Virus record (IMG/VR): IMGVR_UViG_3300020577_010873
Coordinates: 9,989-73,988 of that record
From: a virus
Taxonomy: Duplodnaviria > Caudoviricetes
Strand: one strand, 5' to 3'
Length of the DNA: 64,000 bases
The notes below the pieces were generated by a model that saw only the letters and a list, made by a program, of their open reading frames with translations, had not been told where the DNA came from and made no database searches. Below are positions 1-9,600 of this stretch, piece after piece (within the stretch, counting starts at the first letter, position 1; each line of letters opens with the position of its first letter). Made by a program: the position numbers and the translations under genes.

Positions 1-2
1 GC

Positions 3-140
3 GTTAAAAACATCGAATCCGCACAGGACAGGCTGAACAGTCTGGCGCAGTCGATCCGAGCGGTTGCCGACCTGCTCGGGACTATCAACGTGGTGGTTCC
101 GCCTCAACCGCCGTCCAAATCCAACGACGACTGCAAATGA
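3..140 (+). CDS. Hypothetical protein, 3' part (truncated by window edge)
   Basis: Open frame VKNIESAQDRLNSLAQSIRAVADLLGTINVVVPPQPPSKSNDDCK*; its TGA overlaps the next ATG (ATGA 137-140). Confidence 0.45.
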   Translation, partial: VKNIESAQDRLNSLAQSIRAVADLLGTINVVVPPQPPSKSNDDCK

Positions 141-289
141 GCATGACATTCACAGTCTGGAAAAAGGTCGACGTGGAAGTGGTGGCGGTGGACTACGTGA
201 TGCTCAAGATCGACAGCGGAGGAGTCATCACGAACTGGCCGAAGTCGCCCGACGTGTCGGCCTTCTTTCCGCGGGAGGATGAGCGATGA
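137..289 (+). CDS. Hypothetical protein (50 aa; not in supplied ORF track)
   Basis: MSMTFTVWKKVDVEVVAVDYVMLKIDSGGVITNWPKSPDVSAFFPREDER*; ATGA-coupled at both ends (137-140 and 286-289). Confidence 0.6.
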   Translation: MSMTFTVWKKVDVEVVAVDYVMLKIDSGGVITNWPKSPDVSAFFPREDER

Positions 290-642
290 GCGACATATCC
301 CACGTCCTGTTGTGGCTCGACGGCCTGGAATACAGGAAACGGAAATCCTACTTAGCTGCGTTGGAGCAATCTAAGCAGGATCTTCACGACACCGTGCAGT
401 CCGCGGTGAAGGTCATAGCCTTGGTCGCCGAAGTTTTGGTGGTTTCCGTAACCGAGGCACTCGACTTGCCCGCGCCCGGCGCAACCGGGGCATCCGCGAA
501 CGGAGCGCCGGCAGCCGACGGCCCAACGGGCGCCGGGTCGACGAACCGCCGGAAGAAAACCCGCCGCCACCCGATCCCGCGTGGGAAATCGGGGAAGTCA
601 CGGCCTGACTCGGGTTCACCATCGCCCGCCCCGTCGGGGTAG
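286..642 (+). CDS. Hypothetical protein overlapping the giant gene convergently
   Basis: ATGA-coupled start after GGAGG; protein-like N-half; the low-complexity C-half lies antisense to 413-642 of the giant ORF. Confidence 0.45.
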   Translation: MSDISHVLLWLDGLEYRKRKSYLAALEQSKQDLHDTVQSAVKVIALVAEVLVVSVTEALDLPAPGATGASANGAPAADGPTGAGSTNRRKKTRRHPIPRGKSGKSRPDSGSPSPAPSG

Positions 643-3600
643 GAGTGGACGCGAGTGCCTGCGCCGCCGCCGCAACAGCCTTGGTCTCACGCACGACCTC
701 CGGGTTCTCCAGAACTCCGGAGGTTTTCAGTTTGGCGTACTCGTCGGGCGTGACCGACCGACCGATGGCACGGGTGACGGGTTCGATCGAACTGACGGCC
801 GACTGGACGGCCCGTTGCCCTGCCCTGTCCGCCTCGTCCTTCGCCTCGACCGGGTTAGTAAAGCCTCCGCGCTCGATCACGCGGTCGTACGCCCGCTGGT
901 AGATCGCCTGGGCCACGCTGACGAGTCGTTTCTTTGCCGCCTCCCGGTCCTCCGGGTTGGCCTCGGAGAAGGCCAGGGCCGCGCCGAGAAGCTCCGGCTG
1001 GAGGGCCGCGTCCCGCTGGAAGGCGAAGGTGCTGGGGGCGGTTCGGCTCACCACCTGAACGCCCTGCGCGTTCGCGGCGTCACGGATGGCCGACGTGGTT
1101 TGCCGGCGTGGCGTGCCGTGGAAGAAGTTGGCGAGCACGCGACCGAGTTCACCGAACGATCCAAGGATGGACCGGGAGGCGTTGGCGGCGTCGACCTTGG
1201 CATCGACGTTCTTCCCGGTCATGACTTCCATGGTGGCGCGTGCGGCCAGAATTCCGGCCTCAGCGATCTGAAGAAGTATGCCAGGGCCGGGCGCCATGAA
1301 TCCGTTGCCGGTGGCGATGCGGTCGACGCCGAGCGACTTTGCCGGGGTCTGGAGCACGTCCCAGGCGATGGCTAGGATCGGTCGATTCCACCACGACTTG
1401 TCCTTCGGGGTGAGTTGCGGGGCGGAGTTGATCTCCCAGGCCGAGACGAACCTGGCGAGGAGGTTCTGGATCCAGTCCCACAGGTCGTCGTCATCGTCCG
1501 GGGGTGAGGCGATGGCCTCCGCCAGTTCCCGGGCGATGGTCGTCTGCACGTCGTTCATCGCCTGCCGGACGGCCACGCCGAAGTAATAGATTGCGAAGGA
1601 GGAGAGCAGCATGGAACCCGCGGTGATGGCGGTGTTCATCAGCTTGCGGGTGGCCGATCGGTCCACCGGCTGACGGAACATATCGACCGTCCGACTGACT
1701 TCGAAGGTCATCCAGCCGAGGAGGAGGCTCCGGAGGCCACGGGCGCTCGGACGGTTGGTCCGGGTCGAGGCGTTCCACTCGCTGAGCACGGCGTTTCCGA
1801 ACTTCGCTCCCAGAGGGTTAAGCCAGAACCGTCGATTGTCGATTTCCCCACGCGCCAAGGCAGCCATGAACTCCTCCGGGTGGACACCCGCCTCCCGCAG
1901 CATCTCGCGGAAGCCCGCGGAGTTCCCGATGTCGGCGTCGCCTATGGCCCACTCGCCCGTCACGTCGCCCGAGACTTCGATGTTCGCCTTGGCCAGCCGG
2001 TTGCGCCAGGAATTGGCGATGGCGGTCATGCGCCGGAGCATCAGGGGCACCAGGGTCGTCGCGGCCATCCGGTTGAGGTGCGCGTCGGTGCCGGTGGTTC
2101 CGACCTTGCTGCCGACCGTTGACTCCAGCACCTCGCCCACCTGACCGATGCGACGGATCGTGGCGTTGCCCACGCCCCCGCCCATGTGGGCCTTCAGCCC
2201 TTCGAGTTCGGCATAGCCGATGCGGCTACCCCACCCGATGGACTGCAACCACTCCATGACCTCCGGTGAAGTCCCAAGGCGAGGGAGATGGATGCCGACG
2301 GTCTTGCGCACCATCCAGTCGGTCATGTTGTAGACCGCGTAGGACAGGGAGTGGAGCGTCAGTCCGAAGGCTGCCAAGTTGGCCAGAGGAGCACCGATGA
2401 GAGGAGTCAGAATGCGCCGGGAACTCAATGGTCCACCCACCACGTTCGACAGGCCAACCCGTGGAGCGGCGAGCATGAACGGCATGAGCGCCCCAGTGAA
2501 CTTCTGGAGACCGCCCGGTGAGACCGAAGGACTCTGGATGTGCGCCAAGTCCCGCTCGATCGCCTCGGCCACCGCCCGCACCTTGGTTGCCGCGCTGTTC
2601 GCCACCTCCTGCGTGACCTCCACATCGGGTCTGCTGTTGGTGAACCACCGGGCGACCGCCCGAACCTCGTCGTTCATCCGAGGATCCTGAATGTTCTTCA
2701 GGATGTCGGCGATCGTCCGAAGGTGCTCCGCCGCGGCCTTGCCCGACCCCAACATCGAGACCTGGGAGACGTCGAGCACGTTGGACAGGGCGCCCCGCAT
2801 GTCGTTGACCGACCCGGATGCCCCGTACTCGTACATGGAACTCGGGTAGATCAGCTTCGCCGCCGGGCTGGTGAACTCGTTGGTGTCGTCCTCTCCGGTG
2901 TACGTCCCGACCCGGGTCATGGGCGTGGTGGAGTCCACGCTGGAGGCGCGGCGCGAGCGTGCGACGCGGGCGTAGACCATCAGTTCATCCGACAGGGCCT
3001 TGCGGATTGTCTCGTGCGGGCTGGCGATGCGGTTGTTCGCGTAGACCGCCAGGGCCGACACCGTGTCCTCGAAGGCCGACGCGATCGACGGGGGTGGAAC
3101 CTTGCCCGACCGGATGTCCCGGGCGTACTGCTGCTCCAATTCGAGTAGAATGGGGTTGCGCTCGAACGCCAAGTCCGACCGCAGGGAGTCGAGGATGTGG
3201 AACCGAACGATGTCGGGGAATGCCACCCAGGTCTGACTCATGTCCGGGTTCTTCGGGTCAGCCCCCAGGGCTGCCTCGTAGTTCGCCGCGATCTGGCGCT
3301 CGATCTCGCTGTTGACCTTGCGGGCCAGACCGATGTCGCCAGTCTCCGCCGCCGGACGGACCAGCCGGATGCCACGGAGGTTCTCGCGGATACCGCCGTA
3401 GTCCTCGGACTGCATGATCCGCTGGGCCTCGCGGAATAGGTCGCGGTCGAACCGGAGGAGCGTCACGAGCTCCCGGGTGATCGGCTTGTTCCGGAGGCTG
3501 GTGTTCAGCAGGGTGTCGCCCACCGCCACCTTCGAACCGTGCTCGCGGTATCGGTGCGCCACCTCGGCGTAGGCGGTGGCAAGGTCCGACTGGTGGTTGG

Positions 3601-6600
3601 CGTTGTACGGGTCAAGCCCGAGCGACTCGTACGCCGAATGCAGGAGCTTCATCCGGCGGGCGTGGTTCTTCGCCGCGATGGCGTCGAGCAGGCGACCCAA
3701 CCGGGCGTAGCCGGCGATGGACTCGGCGAACAGCCGGCCATGGATGCCCGGGATGAGGCGGGGCAGGATGGCTCGGATGGCGAACTCGGTCTTGGCCAGC
3801 CAGAGGTTGAAGATCTTGTACCGGCTGGTCTTCAACAGGTTGTCCGGAGTGGAGTATGCGTCGATCGCGGCGAGTGCCTTCTCTGCCCCAACGGCCAAGC
3901 CGCGGGTGATGTGAGGCGCGTTCGGAGGGTTGGTCGGGTTGGCCTGGGCCTCCTCCACCGCCTCCTGCGCCGCCTGCCGCCACTCGATGATCTTCTGGAT
4001 CACCTCGGCGGTGTACTCCTTGTTCGGACCGATGATGACGCTCTCCTGTTTCGTCCCGTCGGCTTTGATGAACTCCACGAAGTGCAGCCCGTGGGAGTTC
4101 GTGCGGTACACCATCTCCGCCGTGCCGATGCGGTCGCCCATCTCGCCCCCCGCGAGTTCGACCGCCCTGGCTGCCAGTTGGTGCAGCATCGCGATCGAAC
4201 GCTGCTCGATCTCCGCCTCCTGAATCTCCTTCTCCACCTCGGCCAATGTCGCGCTCGCCCCGCTGCGCTCAAGGCGAAGGCGTTCGAGCATGCCGCGGGC
4301 GGCAATGAATCCCTCCCGGGTCGCCCGCTCCTCCGCGTTCAGCGGTTGAGGGTGGGCCAACATACTCTCCCGCGCCGCCTCCACGCGCTCGATCACGTCC
4401 AGCATGCGCCGCTCCGACCGCGAATCCGCCTCGTCCGCCAGCATCAGCACGACGTTGCTGAATCCCATGTCGCGGTTGGCCATGTCCAGAATCTCGCGCA
4501 ACACGTCATCCGTGATGCTCGCCCCCTGCGCGACCGCCCGGATCATCGCCACGTTCCGACCGAAAGCCTCGTCCGATGCGACGGGGCGCTCCTGCGAGGG
4601 TGCGCCGGCCGGAAGTTCCCCGGCTGATGCGCTGCCCATGGCGGCGAAGATGTCGCCCGAGGTCATGGCCTCGGTGAACTCCGCGGCCACGCTGTTCGGT
4701 TGGGCTTGGCCAAGGAACACCGCCAGCCGGGAGATCGCGAGCTCGCGCTCCCGCACCTGTTGGGCAACCGACCGGGAGAACAGACCGCCCGAAGCCTCGG
4801 CATCCCCGGCGATGGAGGTGAGGAGTTCGTGGACACGCACGTCCACATCGCCCTGCTTCGACCGGAGTTCTCGGCGCCGCTGCTGGAGTTTCCGCAGGTT
4901 CTTCGCCAGCCGCTCGGACACCCGGTCCATCCGCTCCCGCATCGACCGCTGAATCTCCAGCGCGTGATGCCCGAACAGGCCGGACGCGACTTCGATGGGG
5001 GTGCGCAGGCTGGGCGACACCTCGTCCATCCCGCGGGGGATGGCACCCGACCGCTCGATCTCGTAGATCGTCTCGATCCACGGCTGGATCTCGGGCGCCG
5101 TGAGGGTCGCCCGCGCGGCCCTGGCTTCAGCCATGCCGTCGGTGGCCCGGCGGATGGAGTTGGCACGGTCGAACACCGCTGGGCGCTCGGTCTCGATGCG
5201 GTCAAGCCGTGCCTGCTGGCGGGCGATGCGGGACTTCAGGGCCTCGATCACGGACGACGATTGCTTGGTCAGGTCGCCCGAGCCGGTGCGCAGGTTCTCG
5301 TCGAGGAACCCCAGCGTCTCCCGGTTCTTGTCCAAGTTGTCCATCAGCGTGACCACCCGTCGCGCTTCAAGTTCGTCCAGCCACGTGTGGTGCGCCTGCA
5401 CGTCCGACTGGTTGTGCGGGACCTGCAATGCCTCCAGTTCGGCGATGAACTGCGGGGAGTCGATGTTCAGCCGAATGCGCCGACCGCGTCCGATGGAAGC
5501 CGATTCCCCCTGCTCCGCCAGTTCTCCCAGGCGGTTCTTGATGCGCTGCCACTGGTTGTCCTCGATCGCCCGGGAGATGACTTCGTTCGCCGCATCCCGC
5601 AGGGCGTACACGTCGGACCGCAGCCCCCACACCGCGGCGTTCACGTCCGCATGGACCTGCTCCTGGGAGTCGGTGGCGAAGGTGTAGGGCGTCTCGGGGA
5701 TGAAGTTCTCCGACTGCTTGGCGATTTGACGCGCCACCCGGGCGACCACACGGGCCGTCGGCGACTCGGCACGGAACATCCGGAGGAGCGAGCGCACGAG
5801 ACCGTAGCGGGTCGGTCCCTGCATGCGCTGTTCCACCAGCCGGCGGAGCACCGCCCGGCGACCAGAGGATTCACGCACGTCAACCTTCAGGGCGTCCGCC
5901 GCCCGCTTCAGCATCTCCGGGTCGACCTTGCGGATGTCCTCCCAGGCCGAATCCCAAAAGGCTTCGGGGATGAGGTTGATGCCAGCGTCAGCCAGGGCCC
6001 CGAGGAACAACGACCGGCGGGCGCCGCGAGTGCGGGGCAGCAGGCGGGGCACCACCACGATCTGACGGAAACCCGGGTCGTAGTAGACAGGCTCTTGAAC
6101 AAGATCGTCCGGTTCGTCGCGGAACACGATCTCGGGGGCGCTCTTGTACTCGTTGCGGAACCACTGAACATCCTGCGCCAGCAGCGTCTCTCGGTTCTCG
6201 GTGGGAATGATACTGAATTTCTGGCCATTGGCTTTCCGCTTGGCCTTAGGCTTCTTAGGTTCGGTGGATTCGGTTGTTTCGATCTCCAACTGCTTGCGCC
6301 ATTGCTCGGTCAGAGTCGAACGCTGGGCATCGGCTTCGGCAGTCTTGACCGTAACTCTTGTCTTTTTATACGTCTCAGCATCCCGCATCGGCATCAGCAC
6401 GTAGGCGAAGTCGGTTCCCAGGAACGACGCAGGGCCAAGCAATCCTTCGTCCGTTGCCACCCACAGGCTTTGATTCCCCATGCGAGCCGCCGCCTCAAGG
6501 CCATCGGCTAGGTAGTCGGCATTGAACGCTCCGATGATCTTCGACTTCTCCGTAACACCCGACTCGAACTCTCCAGAGTCCGGAACGATCGCCTTAACCC

Positions 6601-9600
6601 CGAAGTTTCCGTCGGAGTCCAAGAACAGTTGCATGGGTTTGGACGACGACTTCCTCTCCTCGCCAACCCAAAGTTGCAAAGCTCCACGCACCATCTTCAA
6701 AAGAACAGCCACGTCGGCCTTCGCACGCCACTCCGGGTCGGATGGTAGGACTTGGCGCCAGTTCGGGTACTGCGCTAGGTCGGACTTCGCGCCCTTGTCG
6801 TCCACTTCGAACTTCACTTGCTCGCCGGTTTGCGAGTTGAACTGGTGGACATCGGTGGTGCTTTCTCCCGCAGGGATGACAGCCATCTGACGACCATCGG
6901 TGGCGATGAGCAGCCCTCCGGCGTGCGCAACTCGGTTGACCACTTTGCGCGTCACATCGGTTGATGCGAACACGCCAACCACCTTGACCCGATCCGTGAA
7001 CGTCTTGAGCGCCGCTTCCTTTGGGGTCGATTTCTCGGATGTCGACGCCATCTTGGGTTCGGACGAACGCCCATCGCCTTTTGGAAACCGCTTCTTCACC
7101 GTCTCCAAGAACTTCCGCAGGGTCGGCTTGTCGTTTACCACGGTGAACACGCCGTCGCCAGGAACATCGAATGTGATGCCGGTTGGGCCTTGCCACTTGG
7201 CCTTCTTGATCTGATCCACCAGCAAAACCTGACGCTGGGAAAAGTCGAGTTCATTGGTCTTGCGTGGCACAACACCACCCGGACCTGGCTTTCCGTCAAC
7301 CGCCAAGTCAATCGTGGTGGGAGTCTTGTACTTCTCAAACAGGATTTCGATGCGACTTTGATACTTCTCCAGTGCGGATGCGTTTGCGGTCTCACGGTCG
7401 GACAAATTCTGCATCTTCCCAGCCTCAAGCTTTGCCGCGTCCCATTCTTTCTGCGCGGCTGCGATCTCGTCGGAGTCTGGAGAACCAACCGATTCCGGAG
7501 CCTCCTCCAGAGCCTTCGTCACGGCTTCAACAAGGTACTCTTTCTGAACCTTCAACGCCTTTGCCGTGCTGGTCTTTCGCTCGTTCGAAGCCTCGGGCTT
7601 TCCTTCGACTCGTTCTTCTTTTCGAAGCTCAGATTCACCCGGGACAGGTGTCGGAGGTACGACTTCTGGAGCCGCGTGTGCCGGAGGTGCCGGCTGTGGC
7701 TGTGGCGTCTCGATCGGTGCGGGCTCATGGGCCGCGAGCGGTGGTTGTTCAGGGGCAACATTTTGGGGTGCTGGTGTTGGTTCTGGTGTTGGCGCTGGAT
7801 ATGGCGTGGCCTCGACCGGAGGCAGGAGTTTCAGGCGATCCGATGCGAGCAGGTAGCGACGGCCAGAGGCATCATCGTCCACCGACACGCCCATGGCGTT
7901 CCGCTCAAGGACAACGCCGGTTCGGCGCACTCCGTCATCGTCCCACTCGACGCGATCACCTTTGGATATGTCCTTGGTGGGAGTTGGTGCGGGCTGCGGG
8001 GTGCTTTCGGCCTTGGCCTTCTTCTGGCGGAGATGGGGAGGTGCGACGCGCTTGGGCTTGCGCCCTTTTGACTCCACGGAATCGGTAGCAGTTGTTCCTC
8101 CCTTGTCCTTGGTAGGTTCATGGGTTTCGGTCTGCCCGAGTTCGGCGTCGAGTTCGGCCTGGAGGTCAGCCTGCTCCTTCTTCTTCTGGATCTTCGCCTC
8201 CTCCTTCGGGGTGGGCGTGGGCTCCGGATGGGCCGGCGCTTCCGCCTTGGGTTCCGAAGGGGATTCGGGAGGCTTCGGAACGGGTTCGGAAGGCGTCTTC
8301 GTTTCCGACTTCGTTTCAACAGAAGGAGCTTTATTCGAAGCAGTTGCCTGTGATTCGGGCGGCTTCGTTTCCTGAGTTGGTTCGGCAACGGGAGGCGCTG
8401 GCTTTGGCGGTCCGAGCGACTTGGCATTATCTCGCGTCTCTGCCGTGCCGGAGAAGTGGGCTGGGGAGGCTCGGCGAGGCAGACCAGTGTCATCGTATGC
8501 CGGCTTCAGGAGCGGGCTATCGGATTCAAGGTCAACGTACCAGACGTTGCCACCATTCATCAGGGCATACCCTTCGGCGTAGTCGCGCGAAGCAGTCCAA
8601 TCTCCTGACGCCTCTTTGAACCCGCCTCCGTGGTAGACGCGGACCTTGCCTTCAGCGATCGGAGGTTCGTCGCTTCTGGGGCGGTTCACTCCACCATCGA
8701 ACGGTCGCTCGTCTTTCTGCGGAGTCGCTGGTGCGGGCGTGGATGCCTCGACCGTCGGTGCCACCGGAGGCTTAGGAGACTCGGCGGTGGCTGGGGCTGC
8801 TTTCCTGTTTTGGATCCAACGCTCGAACTCCGACGTCATGTCCATGCTTGGAATCCCAAGCTTGGAACGAACCGCAAGGACGATCGGCTTCTTATCCTGG
8901 GGTGTTGCGTAACCGGGTACTACTATCGCGTTCGCAATCTCAAGAGCGGTTTTCCTTTGAGCTGCAAGCGACTCAATCTCGGGAACCACTCCGGCCTTTT
9001 GAGCAACGTCGAACAGGCGTTTAATTTCATCATCAAGCCACCCAGGAAGATTCGATGGATGTGCGGATTGTGCGGGAATAGTTTCCGCACTTTGCGGAGA
9101 CGCGGCCGGTGCGGCAGGAGCAGGTGTCGAAGCTGTCCCCGGCGCTGTGCCGGCCGCGTCAAGAACCGGAGGAACCGGCTGTGTTACTTCTTGGTCTTGG
9201 ACTTGGGACTGCACTTCTTGGCCATTTGGGATCACCCCCTTATTTCGAACGATACTCCGTGCCAGGATACGGCCAGCCACGGGGGCCGGTGCCGGACCGA
9301 GCTTCGGGAACCATTCGGAAAGCTTTGCGCGGAGTCGGTCGACCGGCTCACGCCACCACTTCTTTTTCTCGTACAGATGGGCGATGTACTCCTCGGGGAT
9401 GTCGCGCCCGTTGTACCGGCGGGCGAGTCCCCACACGTCATCCCGCATCTCCTGCGACCGCCCGATTTCCTGCGCGGCGAACTCGCTGATCTTCGCCTGA
9501 CCCTCGGGAGTGTCCGCCGCTTGGTGAAGTCCCTCGTGCCGGGCGACCTCGCGGAGCCGCTGCGGATCACGGATGGACCCGCGGAAGAACACGACCTTCT

